Origin: Scenedesmus sp. PABB004 | Taxonomy: Eukaryota | DNA: 64,000 bases | Assembly: GCA_014905635.1 (NCBI GenBank) | Contig: CM026547.1 | Coordinates: 4,278,001-4,342,000, forward strand | Reading direction: 5' to 3' | Notes under the pieces: model-generated | What the model was told of the DNA's origin: nothing | The model's input: only the letters and a program-made list of their open reading frames with translations | Databases searched by the model: none | Position numbers and translations under genes: made by a program | Shown: positions 1 through 10,699 of the stretch, piece by piece | How the letters are laid out: each line of letters opens with the position of its first letter | Position numbering within the stretch: the stretch's first letter is position 1

Positions 1-2425
1 TGAGCGACACGCCCACGCTCACGGCCGCGCCGGGCAGGGTCAGCCCGCTGACCGGGTCGGCCACGGTGACGGTGAAGGCGCAGTAGAACTGTGTCGCGTA
101 CTTGAGCGAGTTGTTGATGTAGACGGTCGCCGTGATGCGCGACACGACCATGCGCGCCGGCGCCGGGTTGGGGTCCGGGGACGGCGACGGCGCCACGGGC
201 GCGGGCGACGGCGGCGGCGACGGCGCCACGGGCGGCGCCGCCGGCACGGACGCGAGCAGCGCGGCGACGTCGAGCTGCTTGCCGGTCACGCACTTGCCCG
301 CGAGGTTGGCGTTGGCCCTGCCCGTGCTCAGGATCGCCGACTTGATCTGCGCGGCGCTGGGGTAGGCGCCCGTCTTGGCCTTGTAGCCCGCGGCGTACAG
401 CGCGGCGGCGCCCGTCACGTGCGGGGTGGCCATGCTGCGCGGCGGCGGCGGCGGCGGCGGCGGCGGCAGAGGCGGCGGCGGCAGCGCGTCAGGCGCGGGC
501 GCGGCGCGGCGTCGCGCGCGCTGCCGCAGCTGGGCAGCCGCCGGCCTCTGCCCTCCCTCCCGTCCCGCCCGCCCCGCCCGGCCGCCGCTGATCGGACCCG
601 CACCTGGTGCCGGAGTAGCTGCCGTAGGTGTTGCCGGGCAGGGTGCTGTAGATGGAGCTGCCGGGCGCAAAGATGTCGACGGTCGTCGCGCCAAAGTTGC
701 TGAACGAGCTCATCGCGCCGGAGCTGGTGATCGAGCCGATGCTGAGCACGTTGCTGACCGCGTAGGCCTGGGGGTAGAAGAGCGTGACGTCGCTGTCGGC
801 CGCGCTGTTGCCCGCGGCGGCGATGAACAGCACGCCGGCCGTGTTGTGCGCGGCGATGGCGTCGAAGAGGGCCTGGCTGTAGCCGCCGCCGCCCCACGAG
901 TTGGACGTCGCGACCAGGTTGATGCCCTGCTTGGTCTTGAGGTTGAGCAGGTAGTTGAGCGCCGCGACCGCGCCCGCCGTGGAGCCGCCGGTGTCGCCGA
1001 GGAACTTGGTCGAGATGAGCTTGATGCCGCGCTGGCACACGCCCGACACGCCGATGCCGTTGTTGCCGACGCCCGCGATCGTGCCTGCGCGCGCGCGGGC
1101 GCGGCGGCGCGGTGAGCTGCTGCCGCTGGCCGCTGGCCGCTGGCCGCTGGCCGCTGGCCGCTGGCCGCTGGCCGCGCGGCGCGTGCGCGGCGCGCGCGCG
1201 CACCGGCGACGTGGGTCGCGTGGTCGTCGTTGGGGCCATCGTACGGCGTGTTGTCGTTGTTGAAAAAGTCTGGGTTTAGGGGCGGCGCGGCGAGCGGGCG
1301 CGGCGCAGTGAGCGGGCGCGGCGCGGCGAGCGGGCGCGGCGCAGTGAGCGGGCGCGGCGCGGCGAGCGGGCGCAGCGCGGCGAGCGGGCGCGGCGAGCGG
1401 GCGCGGCGAGCGGGCGCGGCGAGCGGGCGCGGCGAGCGGGCGCGGCGAGCGGGCGCGGCGCGCGGGCGCGGCGCGCGGGCGGCGCGCGTGCGCCCTCGGC
1501 CGCGCCCCGCGCGGTCCGCCGCGCGCGCACCCCAGCCGTAGTAGTCGTCCACGAAGCCGTTGCCGTCGTTGTCGATGCCGTCGCCGGGGATCTCGCCCGG
1601 GTTGGTCCACATGTTGGCGGCGAGGTCGGGGTGGCTGTAGTCGATGCCCTCGTCGACCACGCCGACGTAGATGTTGCTGCAGTCGGTGTAGCCCGCCGCC
1701 CACGCGCCGGCCGCATTGGCGCCGCCGGCGGTGTTGCCGAGCATGCCCCAGAGCTGGCCGACGCTCGGGTCGCTGGTCTGGCTCGCGGTGAGCACGTAGT
1801 TGGGCTCCACGTAGTCGACAGACTCGTCGTCGGCGATCGCGGCGGCGGACGCGCGCAGGCGCGCGCGGTCGGACGCCTGCGGCGGCAGGTCCTTGACCTT
1901 GACCACCACGAGCTCGCCCAGGTCGCCGGCCTCGCCCGCGAGCGTGCCGGCGCGGCCCATGCCCACGGGCTTGCGGTCGGCCTTGCCCTTGGCTAGCGCG
2001 GCAGACTTGGTCGACCCGGCGACGCCAGGCTTGAAGCGCACGAGCAGCTGCGAGCGCGCGCGCGGCGGGCGAGCAGGCGGGGCCGGGGCGGTGTGAGCTG
2101 CGCCGGAGCTGGCGCGCGGCGGCGGCCCGCGCGCGTTCGCGTGGCCCGGGCGCGCGCCCAGGCCGCCCCGCTCGCGGCGGCGCACCTCGTCGGGGATGAT
2201 GTCCAGCGTCGGCGCGTAGGGATCGAAGGGCACCGCGGTCAGGGTGGGCGCGGGCGGCACGCCGCCCTCCACGACGGTGTCCTTGACCTTGTTGGCGGCG
2301 CTCCCCGGCACGCCGGCCGCCGCCGCGCCGCGCGCCCGCACCAGGAGATCGCGGGACGCGGCGGCTCCATGCAGGGAGGCCACCAGCAGCAGCGCCAGCA
2401 GGCTGGCTGCGCGGAGGCTGGCCAT
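1..2425 (-). CDS. Secreted subtilisin-like serine protease (S8), multi-exon, 3' end runs off the window
   Basis: Signal peptide MASLRAASLLALLLVASLHGAAA; prodomain LLVRFKPG...VDYVEPNY; catalytic Asp (VGVVDEGID), His (DHATHVAG), oxyanion Asn (AAAGN) and Ser (GT/SMATPHV, split by an intron); TNPGEIPGDGIDNDGNGFVDD motif; Pro/Ser-rich linker after the catalytic domain. Confidence 0.93.
1123..1173. repeat. Intronic 7-bp tandem repeat (CCGCTGG)n
   Basis: About 7 copies read directly inside a subtilase intron. Confidence 0.85.
1283..1490. repeat. Intronic minisatellite of GCGAGCGGGCGCG(G) units
   Basis: More than 10 degenerate units fill the subtilase intron between ...DDYYGW and DFFNND... Confidence 0.85.
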
Positions 2426-2889
2426 CAGGTGCCGGCTCGTGGACGCGGGTGATGATAGGTGACGTCTGCTCGCTGCCGGATCACCAGCACCTCACGCGTA
2501 GTCTCCTAAGCAGTCGGGCCTGGTCGGCCTGCGGGCGGCGGCGGCGTGGTGAGCGCGGGCGGTGATGATAAGCTCGCCGTTGGTCCGCCCTCTCGTCGCC
2601 GCCCCCAGCTCGGTGCGCCGCACGACCCGAGCCGTGGCAGCGCTTCACGGCGTCTGGACCGCGCGCGTGCCGCCCGCGCGCCCGCGGCGCACCGTGGCGC
2701 AGCAGCAGCGTCGGCCGAGTTGCGAGTGGCGCTCAGGATGGCGCTCAGGATGGGCGTCGGGGACCGTGCGTGCTTCGGAGTGGTAGCCGGGAGGACGCTG
2801 ATGCTGCTGGGGAGCGGGTTGGGAGCGTTTAAGGGCGCGGGGACTCGGAAGGAAGGCCGGGATGCGGGATGCGCAGTGAAGTTCGCCGC

Positions 2890-2895
2890 TTTATA
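2890..2895 (-). promoter_or_regulatory. Candidate TATA box of the subtilase
   Basis: TATAAA on the minus strand about 465 nt upstream of the ATG; rare in this GC-rich background. Confidence 0.4.
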
Positions 2896-3009
2896 GCGCG
2901 CACACGCGTCATGCGCCCCCCCCCCAGCCACGCCCGCGCACGGCAAAACGACTCCCCCGGTCGCTGCGTCAGGGCGCGGTCTGGCACCGGCGAGCCTTGA
3001 TGCTGCTGC

Positions 3010-3735
3010 TGCTGCTGCAGCCATCAGCTGCGGCGCCCCCGCTCGCCGCGCACCGCCCGCCCGACGCTGCGCCGTGACGTGCCGCCCGCCAGGCTGGCTG
3101 GCGTGCGTCCGTCTGGGCCGGGGCGAGCAGGCAGACGGGCGGCGCAGAGGCGGTGAGTCCAGCAGTGCCCTGTGGGACTCACCGGGACCGCTGCTGCTGA
3201 GCTGCGGTGAGCGCGGCGGCCGCTTGGCGGCGGCGCCCGCCGGCAGTTCGTCACGCGCCCGCCAACTGCCGCACGCGCTGCTTCGAACACGCCACTGCCG
3301 GCCCGTGCGGGCGCGCCGCCTCGGCGCTCACAGCCACGCCGTCCCACGCCGCGCCCGGGCTCGCCGCGCGGGAGGCTTGCCGTCCGAGAGCAGCAGCACC
3401 CCGCACTCGCTGCTGCGCACGCGGCGCGCGGCGAGCGCCATGGCGGCGCCGTACGTGCGCAGCACGCTATATTTCGACGTCGCGGGCACGCGCTGCGAGG
3501 GCTGGCTGTTCGAGCCCGCTCGTGCGGGCACCGCGCATGGCGGGAGCCGCCCGCCGGTCGTGGTGATGGCGCACGGTGCGCTGGCGCAGCGCCCGAGCTC
3601 GCCCGGGCCGGCGCGCCGCCTCCAGGCCGGCGCTGCGGCCGCGCGGCGCGGCGCTGCGGCCCACGCGGGGCGCCGCCGGCAGCGGCGCTGCTGCCGCGCG
3701 GCCCGCCGCCGGTCGTGGCCGGGCGCGACGCGCGG
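3010..3735 (+). repeat. Inverted duplication, copy 1 (partner at ~8545-9265)
   Basis: Near-identical to the reverse complement of 8545-9265; the ORF track gives matching peptides at 3207..3566(+) and 8708..9067(-). Confidence 0.95.
3440..3575 (+). pseudogene. Orphan copy of exon 1 of the alpha/beta hydrolase
   Basis: MAAPYVRSTLYFDVAGTRCEGWLFEP...VVVMAHG followed by a GT donor at 3576; no exon 2 (GMGAQKD...) downstream on this strand. Confidence 0.8.
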
Positions 3736-3793
3736 TTACGCACGCGGCAGCGCGCCGTCGCCGCGCGCTCTCGCGCGCTCCGCCCCGCCGCGC

Positions 3794-4300
3794 TCACTCT
3801 AGCGACTGCCACGCCGCGTCCACCAGCTCCTTGGTGCGGCGCCGGTTGTCGTCGCGAAGAATGTCCCGCACAAAGTCCTTGGCGCCCGCCGGCAGCGCCG
3901 GCGCCCCCTCCGCGGCGCACGGCGCGCTCCCGCCGCTGCCGCTGCCGGCGGGGTCGGCGCACGCGGCGCGCGGCGGCGCCGCCGCGGCTCGCTGCGGCGG
4001 CGCCGCGTCTCCCCGGGCTGGCGGCGGCGCGCCGGGCGCGCCGCCGCCGCCGCCGCGGCCGAGCAGCGGCGCGGCGAAGCGCGCCTCAGCCGCGGCGATC
4101 GCCTGGAAGCCGCCCTGGAGGCTCTGCAAGCCCAGGAGGCTTCCCAGCACGAGCGCGGCCGCAGCTGCGGCGGCGCCCGCGCCCGGCGCGGCGGCGGCAG
4201 TGCGGGCGCCGCGCCGTGCCGGCCGCGCCGCTGGGCGCGGTGCAGGGAGTGGCCCTGGTCGCCGGGCGGCGGCGGCGGCCCTGGGCGCGGCCGCGAGCAT
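3794..4300 (-). CDS. Putative plastid/thylakoid-targeted protein; its end resembles the N-terminal helix of CtpA-type S41 peptidases (short gene or 5' fragment)
   Basis: Transit-like [14 protein letters not shown], hydrophobic stretch ending AIAAAEA, then a coding-like tail KDFVRDILRDDNRRRTKELVDAAWQSLE; the stop TGA coincides with a GTGAGC donor-like site. Confidence 0.4.
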   Translation of the reverse strand: MLAAAPRAAAAARRPGPLPAPRPAARPARRGARTAAAAPGAGAAAAAAALVLGSLLGLQSLQGGFQAIAAAEARFAAPLLGRGGGGGAPGAPPPARGDAAPPQRAAAAPPRAACADPAGSGSGGSAPCAAEGAPALPAGAKDFVRDILRDDNRRRTKELVDAAWQSLE

Positions 4301-4581
4301 CGGCGGCGGCGCGGCGCGTGTGCGCGGCAGCGGCGGCGGCGGTGGCGCGGAGCGGGCGGGGCTGCGCGGCGGGAAGAGGCAGCGCTGGCGTGTGGCGGCC
4401 GATCGCGACGCGCGGGAGCTGGAAAGGCCGGCGAAACAGGCGAGTGCCGGGCCCTTCAAACCTGGCACGTCGCTGTCGAGGCGCGATCTCATCCCCCAGC
4501 GCTCCTCCTCGTCGGCGCGCACTCCCTCCACACTCCCGGCCCGGGAGCTCGCACAGCGCAGCGCGGGACCTCTCGGCCGAG

Positions 4582-6599
4582 ATGCTGCTCTCCTCGAGCA
4601 GGGCGCCCTGCGCCCGGCCGCCGCGCCTCGTGCGCCTGGCCGACCGCCCTCCGCGCCGGCCGGCGGTGCTCCGCGCTGTCGCGGCCGGCGGGCACCGAAG
4701 CTCGAACGGGCCCGAGGTGCGCGCGGGGAGCCGTGGTACCAAAATCCGCGCCGCCCCGGCCCTCCGCGCCGCTCGGGCGTGCCGGGATTGGCGCGCCGGC
4801 GCCCGCCGACGCCGCGCCGCGCCGCCGCAGGCCGCCGCTCCGCCGGCGCTGCTCCTGGCGCAGGCCGAGCCGCGCGGCGTGCAGCTGCTCAAGGCCGCGT
4901 GCCTCCTGCCGGCGCTGGTCTGCCTGGTCTGGGCGCAGCCGGCGCACGCCGCGCGCAAGGGCCGCCAGGTGCGCCGCCGCGCCCGCGGCCCGCTGCGCCC
5001 GCGCCCCGCGCCGCCCGGCTCGCCCCGCCCCGCCCCACGCCTCACGCGCGCCTCACGCGCGCGCCCCCGGCCCGCCCGCAGGCCGCGGCGGCGCAGATCG
5101 TGGAGATGCAGACCGCCGCCGAGGCGCGGAGCCCGCTGGAGCAGCTGCAGCAGGGCTGGCAGGCGCTGTTCGCGCAGCTCACGCACCACGGCGGCCGGGC
5201 CGCGGAGCAGGGCGGCGAGCTGCTCTCCGCGACCGCGAGCGGCATCAGCGCCACGGGCCGGGACCTGGGCCGCCACGCGGCCGCGGCGGGCAAGCAGGCG
5301 TCGGCGTCGGCGGCCGAGGTGGGCAAGCTCGTGTCCGCCACCGCCGGCCAGGCGTCGGACAAGGCCACGGAGCTCAGCAAGCAGGCGTCGGCCAAGGCCG
5401 CGGAGCTCGGCAAGCAGGCGGGCGTGCACGCCGCGGCCGCGGGCAGGGAGGCGCACTCGCTGCGCGAGCAGGCGGCGGAGCAGCTCGCCCGGCCCGAGGT
5501 GCAGCGCGGCCTCGCCATCACCGCGGCGGTCGTGGTGCTCGCGCTGGCCGTCGGGCGCGCCCTCGGCGGCGGCGGGGACGGCGGCGCCGGCGCCGACGCC
5601 GCCGGCGGCGAGGCCGGAGCGGCGCCGGCGGCCGGCGCCGCGGTGGCGGCGGCGGCCGCCGCCGCCGCCGCCGCGGCCAGCGCGGCCAGCCTGAACGGCA
5701 CTGGCGGCTCGCGCGCCGGCGGCGGCGCGGGCCTGGCGGGCGCATCGACCGAGGAGCTGCTGAAGACGGTCAAGGCCACGGCTGAGAGCATGAGCGCCAC
5801 CGCGGCCGCGAGCGCGAGCGAGGTGCAGCGGTCGGCGGCCGCCGCGGCCGACGCGGCGGCGCGCGGCGCGGCGGTGGCAGAGCAGGCGCACGCCAGCCTG
5901 CGCGCCGCCCGCGACGAGCCGGCGCCGCCGAAGCTGGTCAAGCCGTCGCTCGCGGCCGCGACCGCGGGCGCCGCGGCGCGCGAGGCGGCCGCGGCCGACG
6001 CCGCGGCCGCCGCCGGCGCCGGCGCGTCCGACGGCGCCGCGCCCGACGGCGCGCCGCCGGCGCTGCCGCTGCTGCCGGCCAAGGGCGCCGCCACGCCCGC
6101 GCTCGCGGCGCTGGGCGCCGGCGCGCTGCTGATGGACCTCATGATCCCCCTGGGCAAGCTCGCGGTCGCGGGCGTCAGGTCGGCGTCCAACAGCCGGGCC
6201 AGCAGCCCGATCGGCGACCCCGACGCGCCCGCGTCCAGCGGCGACGGCAGCGGCAGCGGCAGGTGAGGCGGCGGCCCGCGCGCAGCGCTGGCGGCTGGCG
6301 GCCCGCGCTGGCGGGAGCGCTGGAGCGGGAGCGCTGGCGGCGGCGCGGCCTCACGCGGGGCCGCGGCCACGCTGCGTGCGCGCAGGGCCGCGCCCGCAGC
6401 CCCAGCCCGCGCGGCACCCACGCCGCCCGTGGCCGAGGCGCCCGCGGCGCGGAGCACCAGCCCCTCCAAGCTTGCGCTGGCGGCGGCCGCCGCGGCGGAC
6501 GCCCTCGCACAGGCGCCGCGCGGCCCGCCGCCGCAGGAGCTGCCGCCCGTGACCCTGGAGGAGCTTGAGGCCGCCGTGAAGGCGTCAGCCAAGAGCTGA
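4582..6599 (+). CDS. Plastid-targeted Ala-rich membrane protein with LEA-like 11-mer repeats (4 exons)
   Basis: Transit peptide MLLSSSRAPCAR..., lumen-signal-like CLLPALVCLVWAQPAHA, repeats ASDKATELSKQ/ASAKAAELGKQ, TM segment GLAITAAVVVLALAVG; GT-AG introns at ~4717, 4969 and 6263; ends ...VKASAKS*. Confidence 0.65.
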
Positions 6600-6682
6600 T
6601 GTGTGGGTGGGTGGGTGGAGGGGGGGGGGGGGGCAGCGCGGCAGGGGCCGTTGAGGTGTGTGTGTGTGTGGGGGGGGGGGGG
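6600..6682. repeat. Poly-G / (GT)n low-complexity tract
   Basis: GGGT units, two long G runs and (GT)n directly after the stop codon. Confidence 0.85.
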
Positions 6683-7155
6683 CTGGAGGCGGCCGCCTGG
6701 CGGCCGCCTGAGGGAACAAAGGGGATGCACACTAGTACCTGGGGCGGCGCGCCGCGCGGCTGCCGCGCCGGCAGCGCCCCGCCGATGCGCCCCCGCGTGC
6801 GCGCCCGGCCCTGCAAGCAGCGGCCTGGGGTCGAGCCGCGTGTGTGGCGTGTGTGGGCGGCTGCACGCGGGGATTGCATCGCGACAACTTTCTCAACGGC
6901 TGCCCCGCACAGTGCTGCTGCTGAGTGCCTGACCTGACTGCTGACCTGGTGACTACTGACTTGACTAATCACTACAATGGGTGCCCCGCCCAAGGCTGCC
7001 CGGCCGCCCTTTGCTCGCGGCCGGGGCCTGCCTGGCGCACTGCGGGACTGCGGGCCCCCACGACGGCAGGGGCGGCGACGACGTGTTAAACCCAGCTGCG
7101 TCTCGCCGACGGACCGGCAGCCGCCGCCGCGCCCCCCCCCCCCCCCCTCGACCGC

Positions 7156-8834
7156 TCACGCCTGGTCGCGCTCGCGCGACGCGGCCGTGTCGGCCACCGA
7201 GAAAGCTGAGCCAGGCGAGCCCGGAGACCCCGGCAAGTCCCCCGCGTCCGCGCCGCGCGCGCGCGCCGCCGCGCCAGCCGCGCCCTTGCCGCCGCGCGCC
7301 GGCGCGGCCGCCTCGCGCGCCGCCGCCAGGCCCGTGTGGCGGCGCAGAAACAGGACCTGCGGCGCCGCGCGGGGGCCAGCATGTTCAGCGCCGCCAAGCG
7401 CCGACCCAGCGCGCGCGAGGGGCTGGGCCTGCGGGCCAGCGCGGCGCTGGCGGGCCCTGGGCCAGCGAGGCTCACCGCCCCCGCCCCGGCGGCAGCGCCC
7501 TCACCTGCTCGTCGATGAGCTTCTCGAACAGCTCGCCCCTGTACAACTCAAAGTGGGTACAGTCGCGCTCGAGCAGCTGTCCGCGGCGCGCGAGCCCCGC
7601 CGCGCGGCGCACGGCGTCGACGGGACACAGCGTGTCGCGCGACGCGGCGACAAACAGCACCGGCGCCGCCACGCGCGGCACGCACGCGATGGGGCTGTAG
7701 CGGTGGACGAAGAGCTCGAGCGCGAGGCACGCGCGCGCGCGGTTGGTCCAGCCGCCCTGGTAGACGCGCGGGTGCTTTGAATAGTACTCGGCCGACTCAA
7801 ACTCGCTCAGCTGCATGAACGCGAGGCTGCCCGGCGGGCCCACGAGGGGCAGGTAGAGCGGGGGCAGGCCCAGCGCGCCGGCGGCCGCGTCGGCCGCGCC
7901 CGCGGCGAGCGCGAGCAGCGAGCGCGGCACGCCGCGCTTGCGCACGGACAGCAGCGTCGCCGCGCGCGCGTCGAGGTGCGGCACCTGGCACCGCGGCGGG
8001 CGCGGCGCGGCGGCACCGCGCCGCGGCGGCGGCGTGAGCGGGCCTGCCGGTGCCCCGCTGCCAGCCGCGGGCAGCGCCGGCAGCAGCAGGCGCCGCCGGC
8101 CCCCCACCTGCGACACCACCGCGACGACGCCGGGCGTGTCGGCCGCAATCGCCAGGACGTGCCCGCCCGCAAAGCTCGTCCCCCACAGGCAGAGCCGCTC
8201 GACGTCGACGCGGTCGGCCAGGCGGTCCCGCACAAACGCGACCGCGGCGCGCCAGTCCTCCACGTGCCGCCGCGGCGACACCCACTGCCGGGGCTCGCCG
8301 GCAGAGCCACCAAAGGTGCGGTAGTCAAACACAAATGCCGCCAGGCCGCCCGACGTGAAGCCCGCCGCGTAGGGCTCCAGGCCCATGTCCTTCTGCGCGC
8401 CCATACCTGCGCGCGGCGGCGCGCGGCGCATCGGTTGCTGAGCGCACGGCGGCACGCGGCGCGTCGGTTGCTGTGCCGCAGCGCCTCCTGCCCATCTGGG
8501 TAGCCTGGTCACTGTTTGCAGTGCCCAACGCGGTGCGAGCGCGGCCGCGCCGCGCGCCGGGCCGCGATCGACGGGCGGCGCGGCAGCAGCGCCGCTGCCG
8601 GCGCCCCGCGTGGGCCGCAGCGCCGCGCCGCGCGGCCGCAGCGCCGGCCTGGAGGCGGCGCGCCGGCCCGGGCGAGCTCGGGCGCTGCGCCAGCGCACCG
8701 TGCGCCATCACCACGACCGGCGGGCGGCTCCCGCCATGCGCGGTGCCCGCACGAGCGGGCTCGAACAGCCAGCCCTCGCAGCGCGTGCCCGCGACGTCGA
8801 AATATAGCGTGCTGCGCACGTACGGCGCCGCCAT
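7156..8834 (-). CDS. Alpha/beta-fold hydrolase (peptidase S15 / Hydrolase_4-like), 4 exons
   Basis: VVVMAHG oxyanion motif, FDYRTFGGSAGEPRQ, nucleophile elbow WGTSFAGG, acid in ASRDTLCP, His in CTHFELY; GT-AG introns join the exons in frame. Confidence 0.9.
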
Positions 8835-9265
8835 GGCGCTCGCCGCGCGCCGCGTGCGCAGCAGCGAGTGCGGGGTGCTGCTGCTCTCGGACGGCAAGCC
8901 TCCCGCGCGGCGAGCCCGGGCGCGGCGTGGGACGGCGTGGCTGTGAGCGCCGAGGCGGCGCGCCCGCACGGGCCGGCAGTGGCGTGTTCGAAGCAGCGCG
9001 TGCGGCAGTTGGCGGGCGCGTGACGAACTGCCGGCGGGCGCCGCCGCCAAGCGGCCGCCGCGCTCACCGCAGCTCAGCAGCAGCGGTCCCGGTGAGTCCC
9101 ACAGGGCACTGCTGGACTCACCGCCTCTGCGCCGCCCGTCTGCCTGCTCGCCCCGGCCCAGACGGACGCGCGCCAGCCAGCCTGGCGGGCGGCACGTCAC
9201 GGCGCAGCGTCGGGCGGGCGGTGCGCGGCGAGCAGGGGGCGCCGCCGCTGACGGCTGCACCCGCA
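8545..9265 (-). repeat. Inverted duplication, copy 2 (upstream region, exon 1 and part of intron 1 of the intact hydrolase)
   Basis: Reverse complement matches 3010-3735. Confidence 0.95.
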
Positions 9266-9631
9266 GCACCGTCAGGCCGGGCTGGGTGACTGCGCCCGGC
9301 ATGACGCTCTGCGGCCTCCGCGGCGAGCGGGGGCGGCTGGCGGGGCGCGTGCTGCGCGCGCGCCGCCGCCCGCCGTCGCCAGCGGCCTGCCGCGCGCGCT
9401 GGCCTGACCCGCGAGTGTCGTGATGGTCGCGGCGCGCCGGCCGGTGGGCACGCGGCCGACTCGCGCGCGGGGCCCAGGCACCGGGGCGCAGCGGTGCAAG
9501 CCCGGGCGAGCCCCGCCGGCGCCGGGTGCCCCGCCGCCCGCGTGCGAGCGCGGGGTCCATATCGCTGTTTGCGGCACACGCCCCGGTCCCCGCGCCGCCT
9601 GCGGCGGACGAACGTTGGTTGGCTCCCCACG

Positions 9632-10652
9632 ATGAGCGGCAGCAGCTCCGAGGCCAGCGTGGGCGCGACGACGCCCACGGGCTCGCTGTCGAGCGTGGCG
9701 CGGTTGTCTGCGTCTCCCGCGGGCAGCGAGGAGGCGGGATTCACCGCCATCGTGGTGGGCGGTGGCATCGCCGGCCTGCTCGCGGGCCTCTCGCTGCAGG
9801 TGCGCGCCGCGGGCCGCCCGCGCCCGCCGCATCGGCCGGCGGCGGCTTTGATCGATCCATCCCGCGCCCCCGGCCGCGCGCCAGGCGCTGGGCTGCGACG
9901 CGCACATCTACGAGGCCGCGCCCAAGGCGCCCGCCTCCGCCTCGGGCGACGTCGCCTACCTGCTCACCGAGGAGCTCACGGGCTGGCTGGCGGCGCACAA
10001 GATTGCCCTGGTGCGCCGGGGGGGCGCGCCCGCCAGCGCACCTGCTCCGCACCGCGGCCTCCCCGCGCCGCCGGGGGCCGCGCCCGCGGGCGCATCGGGC
10101 CCCGCGCGGCGTCCCACACCCCTGGGCGCGCCGCGCAGGAGCGCAAGGCCTTCCGCACCGAGGGCAGGCAGGTGCTGGCGGAGGACGGCGAGGTCGCGCT
10201 GCAGGACGCGCGGCAGCAGACCTACATCAGCTGGCGCGCGCTGCACAGGTGCGGTGCACCGCGTCGCCCGGGCGCCGCCGGCGCGCGGCGGGCGCCGGCG
10301 GCGCGCGGCGCCGGCGGCGCTGCCGCCGGCCGGCGGCGCCCAACCGCGCGCCCCGCCCCGCCCCGCCCCGCGCGCAGCGCGCTGCTGGAGGCCTTCCCCA
10401 AGGACAACTACCACGCCGACGCGCGCGTGACGGGCGTGGACGCGAGCCACCCGGACGTGGTGGTCATCGAGCTCGCCAGCGGCGAGCGCATCGCCGGGCA
10501 CATGCTCGTCGCCGCCGACGGGTGCGCGCGCGCGCGCGCGCGACGCGGCCACAGGGCGGGGCGCGGCCTGCCGGGCGGGCACCGGCCGGCAGCGGTGCGC
10601 GGGCGGGCGGCCGGCGCCGCCGCGCGCGCCCCGGGGCGCGCTGCCGACGCCA

Positions 10653-10699
<47 letters not shown>

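Noticed and set aside
1283..1490. Regular repeats as a possible CRISPR array
   Set aside because: No unique spacers, no cas genes, eukaryotic intron context; simple minisatellite
3794..3796. TGA as selenocysteine or stop read-through
   Set aside because: No conserved reading frame beyond it and no SECIS recognised; a splice donor or true stop explains it
3010..9265. Inverted repeats as transposon terminal inverted repeats
   Set aside because: The repeats are host gene sequence with ragged ends; no transposase or target-site duplication seen
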